Origin: Pseudomonadota bacterium
GTDB taxonomy: Bacteria > Pseudomonadota > Gammaproteobacteria > Burkholderiales > Burkholderiaceae_D
NCBI GenBank assembly: GCA_041173845.1
Contig: JBEDHZ010000001.1
Coordinates: 425-64,424, forward strand
Direction: 5' to 3'
Length of the DNA stretch: 64,000 nucleotides
Each line of letters opens with the position of its first letter. Positions within the stretch are counted from its first letter, which is position 1. The translations under genes and the position numbers were made by a program. The notes under the pieces were generated by a model that worked only from the letters and a program-made list of their open reading frames with translations, did not search any database and was not told where the DNA came from. Shown here piece by piece: positions 10,328-20,275 of the stretch.

Positions 10328-10630
10328 TCAATCAGATTTAGACAACAACTCAAAATGCTCAACCTTAGGCGGTACCGCAAAAAACGGGCCGACGATACCG
10401 CGCCACTGGGTAAATAATTCCGAGCCACGAAAATCAACGGTGTGATTTTCCAGCGTATCCCAAAAAACCATCAATACGTAGCGATCAGGTGATTCGATAC
10501 CCTTATTGATTTTGTAGCCGCGAAAGCCCTTGGCTTTGCTAATGACGTTTTGTACGCCATTCACGATAGCGCTATCGAATTCGGTTTGTTTACCCGGAAG
10601 GATTTGAATATCGGCGAGTTCGAGGATCAT
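10328..10630 (-). CDS. Antibiotic biosynthesis monooxygenase (ABM) family protein
   Basis: MILELADIQI.PG...F, GFRG, P.RY.L.V.W.TLE.H..DFRGS..F..WR pattern. Confidence 0.9.
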   Translation of the reverse strand: MILELADIQILPGKQTEFDSAIVNGVQNVISKAKGFRGYKINKGIESPDRYVLMVFWDTLENHTVDFRGSELFTQWRGIVGPFFAVPPKVEHFELLSKSD

Positions 10631-10729
10631 AATAAGTAAAAACTTTCTATTGAAGTCTGAATAAAAAAGCTATTGTAAGCTGGCCTATTGCATTATCTCA
10701 CCATGATTGTCCCTGCCGAACCGCAACCT

Positions 10730-11413
10730 ATGCTTGTGACCCTGCTTGATTACGATAAAGAACAGCGCTCTTCGCTTGAAGCGATCTTGAGCGGTGCTGG
10801 TTATCAATGGACGACCCTTGTTAACAGTAAGTCACTCATCGATAGCTTCAGCACGGCTGAACCCGATCTGTTAATTGCTCACTTTCGATCCGATCAAGAA
10901 GCCCTGACCACCTTGACCACTGCAAAGAATCTCTGGCCAAAGCTACCTGTTTTACTTATTGCGGGACGAACCCCAGAAAATCCCTTGGCCCAGTTTCTAG
11001 CCGAAAGCCCCACAGATTTTCTTATCAAGCCCATTCGCGCTGCCGAATTTCGGCTCAGGATAAATAGTCTGGCGACGCGCCATCGTCCCGAAGCCGTAAA
11101 GGACGATAGTGTGAAGTTGGGTAATTTCATTTTTAATAAGCGATTGACACAAATAATGCTAAATGGGCAATCAATCTCTTTAACCCAAAAAGAATTCGAG
11201 CTCGCCTTATTTTTTTTCGAAAACCTAGATCGCCCGCTGTCGAGAGCCTTTATCCATGAAGCGATCTGGTCGCAAGATGCTGAATTTTCATCGCGCACGC
11301 TTGATACTCATGTGTCCAGAGTGCGGAATAAGTTGGGTCTCAAGCCCGCAGCGGGCTATCGGCTGGCGCCGGTTTACAGCTTTGGCTACAAATTGGAACT
11401 ACTTAAAGACTAG
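10730..11413 (+). CDS. OmpR/PhoB-family response regulator with atypical receiver domain
   Basis: C-terminal winged helix LTQKEFELA...LSRAFIHEAIW...SRTLDTHVSRVRNKL...VYSFGYKL; receiver residues degenerate. Start 10730 or 10703. Confidence 0.88.
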   Translation: MLVTLLDYDKEQRSSLEAILSGAGYQWTTLVNSKSLIDSFSTAEPDLLIAHFRSDQEALTTLTTAKNLWPKLPVLLIAGRTPENPLAQFLAESPTDFLIKPIRAAEFRLRINSLATRHRPEAVKDDSVKLGNFIFNKRLTQIMLNGQSISLTQKEFELALFFFENLDRPLSRAFIHEAIWSQDAEFSSRTLDTHVSRVRNKLGLKPAAGYRLAPVYSFGYKLELLKD

Positions 11414-11470
11414 TCAGATCGCAACCAACGTCTATAATAGAAAGTGTCAACTTTTTCTGACTATTCCAGC

Positions 11471-12760
11471 ATGCACCTGCTAGCTGTCGGACTCAACCAC
11501 ACCACTGCCCCTGTCTCGCTGCGCGAGAAGGTAGCCTTCCCCGCTGACCAGCTCGGTCAGGCGGTGGCATCGGCGTGTGCTTGGTTTGACAACGTAGGCA
11601 CGCATCCGCAAGCCCAAGAAGCAGCCATCCTCTCGACGTGTAATCGAACCGAGATCTATGGCGCCAGCGCCAATGACGGCAATATTGAAACAGCCTTGGA
11701 CGCCACCGCGCGCTTTGTCGCGGATTATCACAAGCTGCCTTACTCAGAACTGCGTCCCTATCTTTATGCATTGCCTCAGGATGAGGCAGTGAGACATGCG
11801 TTTCGCGTCGCCTCGGGCCTAGATTCTATGGTGCTGGGCGAGCCGCAAATTCTCGGTCAAATGAAAGATGCCGTTCGTCAGGCCGAAGCAGCTGGCGGAC
11901 TGGGCACCTATCTGCATCAAATGTTTCAGCGGACCTTTGCCGTGGCCAAGGAAGTGCGCTCTACCACTGAAATTGGCGCCCAAAGTGTGTCGATGGCAGC
12001 GGCGGCCGTACGTTTATCCGAAAGAATTTTCGACAAGCTGAGTGAACAACATGTGTTGTTCATCGGTGCCGGCGAAATGATCGAGCTGTGCGCAACACAC
12101 TTCGCCGCTCGTCATCCCAAAAGTCTGACCATCGCAAACCGCACTATTGAGCGCGCTGAACAACTCGCTGAACGTTTTGGCGGTAAGGCTATGCGCCTCG
12201 GAGAACTGCCGGATCAACTCGCGAATTTCGATGTGGTCGTATCTTGCACCGCGTCTTCTTTACCCATCATTGGTTTAGGCATGGTAGAGCGCGCTATCAA
12301 GGCGCGTCGCCGCAAGCCTATCTTCATGGTAGATCTTGCTGTGCCGCGCGATATCGAAACCGAAGTATCACGACTCAATGACGTGTTCTTATACACCGTT
12401 GATGATCTCGGAACAGCAGTGCAGATCGGTTTAGAAAATCGCCAATCAGCGGTTGCACAAGCTGAATCTATTATCGATACGCGTGTGCAGTCCTTCATGC
12501 ACTGGATTGATAGCCGCGCCGTTGTACCACTCATTCAAAACCTGCATGAAAGCAGCGAGCAAATGCGCCAAGTCGAACTTGAGCGCGCCCGCAAGCTACT
12601 CGCTAAAGGTGAAGATATCGAAGTCGTGTTGGAAGCACTCTCCAAAGGCTTAACCGCTAAATTTTTGCATGGCCCGCAACAAGCGCTACACGCAGCTGAT
12701 GCTGACGAACGTGCGCGCCTCGCGCAACTATTACCTCAGTTGTTCCGCACCAAACGCTAG
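11471..12760 (+). CDS. hemA: Glutamyl-tRNA reductase
   Basis: [43 protein letters not shown]. Start trimmed to ATG 11471. Confidence 0.97.
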   Translation: MHLLAVGLNHTTAPVSLREKVAFPADQLGQAVASACAWFDNVGTHPQAQEAAILSTCNRTEIYGASANDGNIETALDATARFVADYHKLPYSELRPYLYALPQDEAVRHAFRVASGLDSMVLGEPQILGQMKDAVRQAEAAGGLGTYLHQMFQRTFAVAKEVRSTTEIGAQSVSMAAAAVRLSERIFDKLSEQHVLFIGAGEMIELCATHFAARHPKSLTIANRTIERAEQLAERFGGKAMRLGELPDQLANFDVVVSCTASSLPIIGLGMVERAIKARRRKPIFMVDLAVPRDIETEVSRLNDVFLYTVDDLGTAVQIGLENRQSAVAQAESIIDTRVQSFMHWIDSRAVVPLIQNLHESSEQMRQVELERARKLLAKGEDIEVVLEALSKGLTAKFLHGPQQALHAADADERARLAQLLPQLFRTKR

Positions 12761-12833
12761 CTAGACTAGCCATCCATGTATTGCCTCCTGCGCTTGTACA
12801 ATCAGCGCCCACACCGACTTACCTTTGCCATTG

Positions 12834-13910
12834 ATGAAACCATCGCTGCTACTGAAGCTGGAGCAACTCGCCCAACGCCTTGAAGAAGTTGGCGCTCTTC
12901 TGAATCAAGAAGGCGCTACGGCTGATATGGATCAGTACCGCAAGCTCACGCGTGAACACTCAGAGCTCGAACCATTGATCGCTTTGCACGCACAGTGGAA
13001 TCAAGCCAACGATGATCTGCGCGCAGCGCGTGACATGCTCTCTGACCCAGAGATGAAAGCCTTCGCACAAGAAGAAATCGATGCAGCACAAATGCGCGCC
13101 GAACAGCTTGAAATCGAGCTGCAAAAAATGATGCTGCCGAAAGATCCGAATGATGAGCGCAATATCTTTCTGGAAATTCGTGCCGGCACAGGAGGTGACG
13201 AATCCGCACTATTTGCGGGTGACTTACTGCGTATGTACTCACGTTACGCTGAGCGTCAGCGCTGGCAAGTAGAGATGGTGTCGGAATCCGCCTCTGAACT
13301 CGGTGGCTATAAAGAAGTGATTGTGCGTCTTGTTGGTAATGGTGTTTATTCACGCATGAAATTTGAATCAGGTGGTCACCGCGTACAACGCGTACCAGAA
13401 ACTGAAGCACAAGGGCGAATTCATACATCCGCCTGCACCGTCGCCGTTATGCCTGAAGCCGACGAAATCGGCGAAGTCGATATCAACCCAGCAGATATTC
13501 GCATCGATACGTATCGCGCATCTGGCGCTGGCGGACAGCACATCAACAAAACTGATTCTGCCGTTCGAATCACGCATCTACCAACAGGTATCGTGGTGGA
13601 GTGCCAAGATGACCGCAGCCAACACAAAAATAAAGCGCAGGCGATGAAGGTACTCGCCACTCGCATTAAGGATGTGCAATTACGTGCACAACAAAGTAGT
13701 GAAGCGGCGACTCGAAAATCACTCGTTGGATCCGGTGATCGCAGCGAGCGCATACGCACCTATAATTTCCCGCAAGGGCGTATTACTGATCATCGCATCA
13801 ACCTGACGTTGTATAAATTAGAAGCCATCATGGAAGGTGATTTGGATGAGCTCACGCAAGCGCTGATGTCTGAACATCAAGCCGAACAACTAGCCGCATT
13901 GGCCGACTAA
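12834..13910 (+). CDS. prfA: Peptide chain release factor 1
   Basis: [39 protein letters not shown]; follows hemA. Confidence 0.97.
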   Translation: MKPSLLLKLEQLAQRLEEVGALLNQEGATADMDQYRKLTREHSELEPLIALHAQWNQANDDLRAARDMLSDPEMKAFAQEEIDAAQMRAEQLEIELQKMMLPKDPNDERNIFLEIRAGTGGDESALFAGDLLRMYSRYAERQRWQVEMVSESASELGGYKEVIVRLVGNGVYSRMKFESGGHRVQRVPETEAQGRIHTSACTVAVMPEADEIGEVDINPADIRIDTYRASGAGGQHINKTDSAVRITHLPTGIVVECQDDRSQHKNKAQAMKVLATRIKDVQLRAQQSSEAATRKSLVGSGDRSERIRTYNFPQGRITDHRINLTLYKLEAIMEGDLDELTQALMSEHQAEQLAALAD

Positions 13911-13917
13911 AGCTAAT

Positions 13918-14403
13918 ATGAATAAATTCGCAAAACCTGCACTGATCTTAGTTGCGCTGATTGCCATCAGTCTTCTTGGCGTTGGCTTATATCTACAACT
14001 AGTGAAAGAGATGTTGCCATGCCCTCTGTGCATTTTGCAGCGCTACGGTTTTGCGCTGACCGCGCTAGCGTGTTTGATAACGGTTGCGCTACCTAACCAA
14101 TACTTACGTGCTGGAGCAGCAGCAGCCTCACTCGCCTCTATCGCCGGAGCGGGTGTAGCGATTCGCCATTTATGGGTTAAAGCCCATCCCACCATCTCTT
14201 GCGGCATTGATGTGCTAGAAGTATTTCTGAACAAAATAATTTTCGCCAACTGGCTGCCAGCACTGTTTGAGGCTGATGGCTTGTGCACTACGGAGTACGA
14301 TCCAATTCTTGGATTATCGATTCCTGCATGGGCGCTGATCTGGTTCGCCCTTTTTGCAATCAGCTTATCGTTGCTTGCGCTGCGCTACCGCCGCCCAGCA
14401 TGA
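13918..14403 (+). CDS. dsbB: Disulfide bond formation protein B
   Basis: PCPLCILQR motif, second Cys pair (SCG...GLC), about four hydrophobic helices. Confidence 0.92.
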   Translation: MNKFAKPALILVALIAISLLGVGLYLQLVKEMLPCPLCILQRYGFALTALACLITVALPNQYLRAGAAAASLASIAGAGVAIRHLWVKAHPTISCGIDVLEVFLNKIIFANWLPALFEADGLCTTEYDPILGLSIPAWALIWFALFAISLSLLALRYRRPA

Positions 14404-15200
14404 GTTTGGAAGATTTGCTGAAATCAGCGCCTATAGAGATTATGGAAGCCAGGATTTTGGCCGCACACAGTCTTCAATGGTCTCGCGTGCAGTTAATCAC
14501 ACAAAGTAAACAAGCGCTTTCGACTACACAAGTTGATGATATTCGGCGCCTATTCGACCGCAGATTGCACGGGGAGCCGATTGCCTATCTGATTGGTCAG
14601 CGTGAATTTTATGGCCTCTCATTTGAAGTAACGCCCGCTGTACTGATACCCCGCCCAGAGACAGAATTATTAGTCGAGCTTGCGCTTGAACGCATGACTT
14701 CTAACGCACGCGTTCTCGATATGGGCACAGGCTCAGGAGCGATTGCCATTTCTCTGGCTCATGCGCGACCAGAATCGAAAATTTTCGCAACGGATGTCAG
14801 CCAACAAGCGCTAGCGGTTGCCCAACGGAATAATAATTTTCATAAAACCGACGTTACTTTTTTTCAAAGTGATTGGTATCAGCACGTCCATGGGCGATTT
14901 GATGTCATCGTCAGTAACCCTCCTTATATTCGTGCTGGTGACATTCACCTGAGCCAAGGCGATTTACGCTTTGAACCTGCCGATGCATTGACTGATCACA
15001 GCACGGGTTTTGCAGCCATCGAAAAAATTATTCACCGAGCACACGTGCATTTAGAACGGGGGGGTTGGCTACTGCTTGAACATGGCTATGATCAGGCCCG
15101 CACCGTACGTAATTTATTTCACACATGCATTTGGAGCGATGTGCAAAGCTGGCGTGATCTGGCCGGTATAGAACGCGTTACAGGCGCAAGACTTATTTAA
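14400..15200 (+). CDS. prmC: Release factor glutamine methyltransferase (HemK)
   Basis: GEPIAYLIG.REFYGL, LIPRPETE, DMGTGSGAIA, SNPPY. Start at ATG 14400 overlaps the dsbB stop. Confidence 0.96.
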   Translation: MSLEDLLKSAPIEIMEARILAAHSLQWSRVQLITQSKQALSTTQVDDIRRLFDRRLHGEPIAYLIGQREFYGLSFEVTPAVLIPRPETELLVELALERMTSNARVLDMGTGSGAIAISLAHARPESKIFATDVSQQALAVAQRNNNFHKTDVTFFQSDWYQHVHGRFDVIVSNPPYIRAGDIHLSQGDLRFEPADALTDHSTGFAAIEKIIHRAHVHLERGGWLLLEHGYDQARTVRNLFHTCIWSDVQSWRDLAGIERVTGARLI

Positions 15201-15261
15201 CTTTCTCTGCCGTCACTTTACATCGTGATTTTTTCTTTTATTTTTAACCATCAAAAATTTC

Positions 15262-17607
15262 ATGCTTCCATCGATTGAACAACGCCTCGCGACCGAGCTC
15301 GCTGCCCGCACAGATCAAGTCGCCGCTGCGATTGCCCTCTTAGATGAAGGTGCCACCGTACCTTTCATAGCTCGCTACCGTAAGGAAGCCACTGGCGGAC
15401 TGGATGATATTCAGCTGCGATTACTCGAAGAGCGTCTGCGTTATTTACGAGAACTAGAAAGCCGTCGCGAAGCCATTCTCGCCTCGATCGAAGAGCAAGG
15501 GAAAATGACTCCTGAGCTAAAGAAAGCGATCTTGAGTGCCGCTGATAAAACGCTGCTCGAAGATCTGTATTTGCCGTATCGCCCGAAGCGTCGCACCAAA
15601 GCACAGATTGCCGTGGAAGCGGGACTCGAACCGCTCGCCAACGCATTACTTGATGACCCGACGCTAACACCAGAAACAGAAGCAGAAAAATATTTACGCG
15701 CAGCCTTCACTACTGATCAAGGCGACAATCCGGGAGTACCCGATGCCAAGGCGGCTCTGGATGGTGCGCGTCAAATTCTCATGGAACGCTTTGCTGAAGA
15801 TGCGCACTTGCTGCAAAGTCTGCGTGAATATTTGCTGGAGCATGGCGTTGTCGATGCCAAAGTCATCGAAGGAAAGCAGGAAGCGGGAGAGAAATTTTCA
15901 GATTATTTCGACTATTCCGAAAAGCTTTCCGCAATACCTTCTCATCGTGCATTGGCTTTGTTACGCGGAAGACGAGAAGAAATTTTATCAGTATCACTTC
16001 ACCTCGACACTGAAATTGAAAAGCCCAAATGGGATGCGCCACACAATCCTTGCGAAGCAAAAATTAGTTCACGCTTTAACATTAGTCAGAAAAATCGCGC
16101 AGCCGACAAATGGTTGCTCGACACGGTGCGTTGGACTTGGCGCGTCAAAATTTTTATGCACCTCGACACGGAATTAATGACCAAGCTACGTGAAGAAGCT
16201 GAGGCAGAAGGCATACAAGTTTTTGCTCGTAACTTAAAAGCATTATTACTCGCCGCTCCTGCTGGACCTAGGGTCACGATAGGGCTCGATCCGGGTCTGC
16301 GCACCGGAGTGAAAGTAGCTGTCGTAGATGCCACTGGCAAAGTAGTGGATACCTCCACGATTTATCCACACCAACCACGCAATGATTGGGATGGGTCGTT
16401 ACACACACTTGCGCAACTAGCGAAAAAACATCAGGTATCGCTAATCGCCATCGGTAACGGCACCGCATCGCGTGAAACGGATCGTTTAGCGCAAGATCTG
16501 ATTAATCAAAATGCTGAATTAAAGCTGAACAAAATTGTCGTTTCTGAAGCGGGGGCTTCCGTGTATTCAGCCTCTGAATTTGCATCAAAAGAATTACCTG
16601 ACCTCGATGTCTCTTTACGCGGCGCTGTTTCTATCGCGCGTCGTTTGCAAGATCCACTCGCCGAGTTAGTAAAAATCGATCCGAAATCGATTGGTGTTGG
16701 TCAGTATCAGCATGATGTCTCTCAAACTCGCTTGGCGCGCGCGCTGGATGCAGTGGTGGAAGATTGCGTCAATGCGGTGGGAGTCGATGTCAACACGGCG
16801 TCAGCACCTTTACTGGCTCGCGTATCGGGACTCAGTTCAACGGTTGCGCAAAGCATTGTTAATCATCGCGATCAAAAAGGGATGTTTCGCTCCCGTGCGG
16901 CGTTGCTGGAGGTTCCGCGACTCGGCGAAAAAACCTTTGAACAAGCCGCTGGATTTTTGCGCGTAATGAATGGCGAGAATCCACTTGACTCATCTGCTGT
17001 TCATCCAGAGTCTTACCCATTGGTTGAAAAAATTCTTGCCGACATAAAGCGCGATGTGAAATCGACGATGGGTGACAGTGCGTTACTCAAATCGCTCGAC
17101 CCTAAGCGTTTCGCGGATCAGCAATTCGGATTACCTACGGTGATCGATATCTTGAAAGAACTCGATAAACCCGGACGCGATCCGCGCCCGGCCTTTGTGA
17201 CGGCAAGCTTTCGTGAAGGCGTCGAAGATCTGAAGGATCTTCAACCGGATATGATTCTTGAAGGCGTGGTAACGAATGTCGCTGCGTTCGGCGCTTTTGT
17301 GGATATCGGTGTTCATCAAGATGGCTTGGTACACATCTCTGCGCTATCGAATGAATTCGTGAAAGATCCGCATGCAGTCGTCAAGGCGGGGCAAGTGGTC
17401 AAAGTGAAAGTGCTGGAGGTTGATATCAAGCGCAAGCGAATTGCACTCACGATGCGGCTGAATGACACGGCCGCTGCGCTTGATCAGCGACGAGTGGGGT
17501 CGGATCGCCCAGACGCACGCGAACGTTCCGTAAAACACAAGCCAGCACAAGAAATGGCGACAACGGGATCGGCCATGGCCGCTGCTTTTGCCAAACTGAA
17601 AAAATAA
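15262..17607 (+). CDS. tex: Tex family RNA-binding transcriptional accessory protein
   Basis: [51 protein letters not shown]-terminal S1 domain [18 protein letters not shown]. Confidence 0.96.
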   Translation: MLPSIEQRLATELAARTDQVAAAIALLDEGATVPFIARYRKEATGGLDDIQLRLLEERLRYLRELESRREAILASIEEQGKMTPELKKAILSAADKTLLEDLYLPYRPKRRTKAQIAVEAGLEPLANALLDDPTLTPETEAEKYLRAAFTTDQGDNPGVPDAKAALDGARQILMERFAEDAHLLQSLREYLLEHGVVDAKVIEGKQEAGEKFSDYFDYSEKLSAIPSHRALALLRGRREEILSVSLHLDTEIEKPKWDAPHNPCEAKISSRFNISQKNRAADKWLLDTVRWTWRVKIFMHLDTELMTKLREEAEAEGIQVFARNLKALLLAAPAGPRVTIGLDPGLRTGVKVAVVDATGKVVDTSTIYPHQPRNDWDGSLHTLAQLAKKHQVSLIAIGNGTASRETDRLAQDLINQNAELKLNKIVVSEAGASVYSASEFASKELPDLDVSLRGAVSIARRLQDPLAELVKIDPKSIGVGQYQHDVSQTRLARALDAVVEDCVNAVGVDVNTASAPLLARVSGLSSTVAQSIVNHRDQKGMFRSRAALLEVPRLGEKTFEQAAGFLRVMNGENPLDSSAVHPESYPLVEKILADIKRDVKSTMGDSALLKSLDPKRFADQQFGLPTVIDILKELDKPGRDPRPAFVTASFREGVEDLKDLQPDMILEGVVTNVAAFGAFVDIGVHQDGLVHISALSNEFVKDPHAVVKAGQVVKVKVLEVDIKRKRIALTMRLNDTAAALDQRRVGSDRPDARERSVKHKPAQEMATTGSAMAAAFAKLKK

Positions 17608-17647
17608 AACAAGCGCCCTCGGAGTGACTACAAGAAGGGCCACTCCC

Positions 17648-17706
17648 CCCGCAGACTTCCGGCGGGCGCAGCCGCTTTTACCCGCAGGCGGGCGCGTCCG
17701 CTTTTC
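17648..17706. repeat. GC-rich imperfect direct repeat in the tex-grxD spacer
   Basis: GGCGGGCGCAGCCGCTTTTA (17661-17680) and GGCGGGCGCGTCCGCTTTTC (17687-17706), each preceded by CCCGCA; TATAAT at 17709-17714. Confidence 0.6.
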
Positions 17707-17748
17707 CCTATAATGTCGTTTTACCTTAACACCCCCGAAGAGGACGCA

Positions 17749-18060
17749 ATGAGTGACGTTAAATCCTGGATCAAAGAAACCGTCGACAGCCATTCAGTCG
17801 TGCTGTTCATGAAGGGCACTGCCCAATTTCCACAATGTGGATTCTCAGGCCGTGCTATTGAGCTCCTGAAAGAAACCGGCGTGCAGGACCTAGTGACTGT
17901 CAACGTATTGGATGACGACGAAGTCCGCCAAGGGATTAAAGAATTTTCGAACTGGCCAACGATTCCCCAGCTGTATGTCAAGGGCGAATTCATTGGTGGC
18001 GCTGACATCATGAACGAAATGCACGCATCCGGCGAACTACAGACTTTGCTGAAAGCATAA
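17749..18060 (+). CDS. grxD: Monothiol glutaredoxin Grx4
   Basis: LFMKGT..FPQCGFS, WPTIPQLY, FIGGADI. Start trimmed to ATG 17749. Confidence 0.96.
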   Translation: MSDVKSWIKETVDSHSVVLFMKGTAQFPQCGFSGRAIELLKETGVQDLVTVNVLDDDEVRQGIKEFSNWPTIPQLYVKGEFIGGADIMNEMHASGELQTLLKA

Positions 18061-18065
18061 ATTTT

Positions 18066-18650
18066 ATGAAACGCTTGGTCGTTGCCATCACTGGTGCCTC
18101 GGGCGCTATGTATGGCATACGATTACTGCAGTGGCTGCGTGAAAGCGCTAAGGTTGAAACGCATTTGATGATCTCGGATGCGGGTGTTCTTAGTATGCAT
18201 TACGAGCTTGATATGAAGCGCAAAGATGTCGAAGCGCTGGCCGATGTAGTTCATAGCGTGCGCGATGTGGGGGCTTGTGTCGCCAGCGGATCGTTTCAAT
18301 CCGAAGGCATGATCATTGCCCCCTGCTCGATGAAAACCTTGGGATCTGTCGCTCACGGCCTGTCAGACAATTTGATAACCCGCGCAGCCGATGTGATGCT
18401 CAAAGAACGTCGACGTCTGGTATTAATGGTGCGGGAAACGCCGTTCAATCTCGCTCACTTGCGCAACATGACATCGGTGACCGAAATGGGCGGCATTATT
18501 TACCCTCCGCTGCCCGCTCTCTACCAAAAGCCTCAAAGCATAGAAGACATGGTTGATCACACAACCGGCCGAGTATTAGATTTATTCGGCATTCAACAAA
18601 CGCTCGCGCCGCAATGGCAGGGCATCAAATTACAGCGCGCTGAATCTTGA
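18066..18650 (+). CDS. ubiX: Flavin prenyltransferase UbiX
   Basis: AITGASGA, ASGS, PCSMKTL, RAADVMLKERR.L, RETP. Confidence 0.96.
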   Translation: MKRLVVAITGASGAMYGIRLLQWLRESAKVETHLMISDAGVLSMHYELDMKRKDVEALADVVHSVRDVGACVASGSFQSEGMIIAPCSMKTLGSVAHGLSDNLITRAADVMLKERRRLVLMVRETPFNLAHLRNMTSVTEMGGIIYPPLPALYQKPQSIEDMVDHTTGRVLDLFGIQQTLAPQWQGIKLQRAES

Positions 18651-19178
18651 TTAGGTGCGCCCTTGGCTATCGCCTGGGCTTGACTGATCTTTCTGTCTTT
18701 CTCGTTTATCTCGCAGGCCGCTGACCATACGATCCAGCGCAGCTTTAAACCCATCCATAGAAAATTTATTGACCTTGAACTTACCGTCACTCAGCGGAAA
18801 AGCAAAACCGACGACCATTGTTTTCTGAAACGCCTGATTGATAGCATCGGACTCATTGAACCAATACACCATGATGTCGCCATTGGCAGTAGAAACTGGT
18901 TCACACACTGACTCTACCGATACAGCACCGCCCTCGGTCGTAATCATCAACGGATAATTACTACTAGGCTCGCAGTTGATGCCATTCGCAAAGTAGTAGC
19001 GGCAATTTCCGTCGGCGCACAAAATACCAAAAGTGGACAAGCCATTTTCATGCGTTCCCGCTTCACCCATACCTTCAAGAAATTGAGAATACCAATCGCC
19101 ATGTTCGACCCTATCATCGGCCAGTGCACCTGAAGGTAGAAGTACTAACCACGCTAATACTATCAATGCTAACCGCAT
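18651..19178 (-). CDS. Hypothetical secreted protein, loosely IalB-like
   Basis: Signal peptide MRLALIVLAWLVLLPSGALA; HGDW near the mature N-terminus; C-terminal FSMDGFKAALD; 4 Cys. Confidence 0.75.
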   Translation of the reverse strand: MRLALIVLAWLVLLPSGALADDRVEHGDWYSQFLEGMGEAGTHENGLSTFGILCADGNCRYYFANGINCEPSSNYPLMITTEGGAVSVESVCEPVSTANGDIMVYWFNESDAINQAFQKTMVVGFAFPLSDGKFKVNKFSMDGFKAALDRMVSGLRDKRERQKDQSSPGDSQGRT

Positions 19179-19231
19179 GGAATGCTCCAAAAATTTAATG
19201 ACAACAAAACCAACTGCGCTACCGAATTAAT

Positions 19232-20029
19232 TTAATCATCCATATCTAGGCGAGCTTCGCCTAAACCAGACACCTCAATTCGAACCCTATCACCGGCATT
19301 TAGCCACTGTGTTTGAACCACGCTACCCAACAATACGAATTCACCCGCTTTAATACCTGGCAAGCCATGTTCGCCATGCGCATTAGCTAACCAAGCTAAT
19401 GCGTTCAATGGGTGGCCCATCACCAAAGAACTCACACCGCTAGCGACTTCGACATCATTAATCCAGGTGCGTCCGGTTAGCGCAGCAAGATCTAAATGAT
19501 GCCAATCGGTGACCGGATCACCCAATACACAACCGGCATTATAAAAATCATCCGCCGCTAAGGTACGCACACCCAACGCACGGTAATCTTCGTAGCGCTC
19601 GTCAACCAGCTCCATACCCACCATTACCTCGCCCACCGCGCTTTCAACACTTTCACGCGTATAAGGCGTGGAACTCGGCAGCAGATCGTGTGAGAGACGA
19701 ACGGCAATCTCACACTCAATACCAATTTTTACAAAACCATGGCGTGGCACCCGACCATGTTTGTGCATGACCGTCGTGCTAAACACGCGCCCGGTCGCTG
19801 GATGATCAATATTCACGAATGCCTGCATCACTGGCGTGGTACATCCGATTTTATGACCAACTACATCACCCAAACCAGCGGCAGTCAGCATCACATTCAA
19901 TGCGGATTGAATCGCGTAACACTCGGTCATATTTTTGGGTGCCAACTCGTCAGGCAAATGAGTTATTGGCTTCAATGCCAGACGCTGTGGCATTAATAGG
20001 GCGGCGGCTTGTTGTGCTCTTGTTTGCAA
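19232..20029 (-). CDS. 2-keto-4-pentenoate hydratase-like protein (fumarylacetoacetate hydrolase family)
   Basis: GHKIGCT, IECEIA, ELVDER, ADDFYNAG, GHPLNALAWLAN, G.FVLLGS. TTG start at 20029 with AGGGG upstream. Confidence 0.88.
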   Translation of the reverse strand: MQTRAQQAAALLMPQRLALKPITHLPDELAPKNMTECYAIQSALNVMLTAAGLGDVVGHKIGCTTPVMQAFVNIDHPATGRVFSTTVMHKHGRVPRHGFVKIGIECEIAVRLSHDLLPSSTPYTRESVESAVGEVMVGMELVDERYEDYRALGVRTLAADDFYNAGCVLGDPVTDWHHLDLAALTGRTWINDVEVASGVSSLVMGHPLNALAWLANAHGEHGLPGIKAGEFVLLGSVVQTQWLNAGDRVRIEVSGLGEARLDMDD

Positions 20030-20132
20030 GATATCCCCTGACTTGGCTATGTGATTTTTACATGCTATTGAGCAAGTCTAGCAAAAATGCAACTTCATCA
20101 CCCGCTTCTTGAACAAAGCACTTAAACGCCCC

Positions 20133-20170
20133 GACTTGATTGATAAATCGATGCATTTTTCAATCAAGTC
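20133..20170. repeat. 38-bp inverted repeat in the divergent hydratase/cstA promoter region
   Basis: GACTTGATTGA-N16-TCAATCAAGTC, perfect 11-bp arms. Confidence 0.7.
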
Positions 20171-20275
20171 ATCACAAATTTTTCATGTATGTAAAACGCT
20201 AATATTTTGGCTTTTGCGAGGGTATAATCCGCCGTTTTCTTTTACCTCGAATACTCGCACCACGGAGAATAACTA

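Noticed and set aside
17612-17646. SAH riboswitch or H-type pseudoknot in the tex-grxD spacer
   Set aside because: The resemblance (GGAG...CAA...GGGCCA) is superficial, the AGGCTCGG-type segment is missing, the zero-length third loop makes a pseudoknot sterically unlikely, and grxD is not an expected target.
20050-20180. CRP or FNR box upstream of cstA
   Set aside because: TGTGA and TTGAT half-sites are present, but the partner half-sites at correct spacing do not match.
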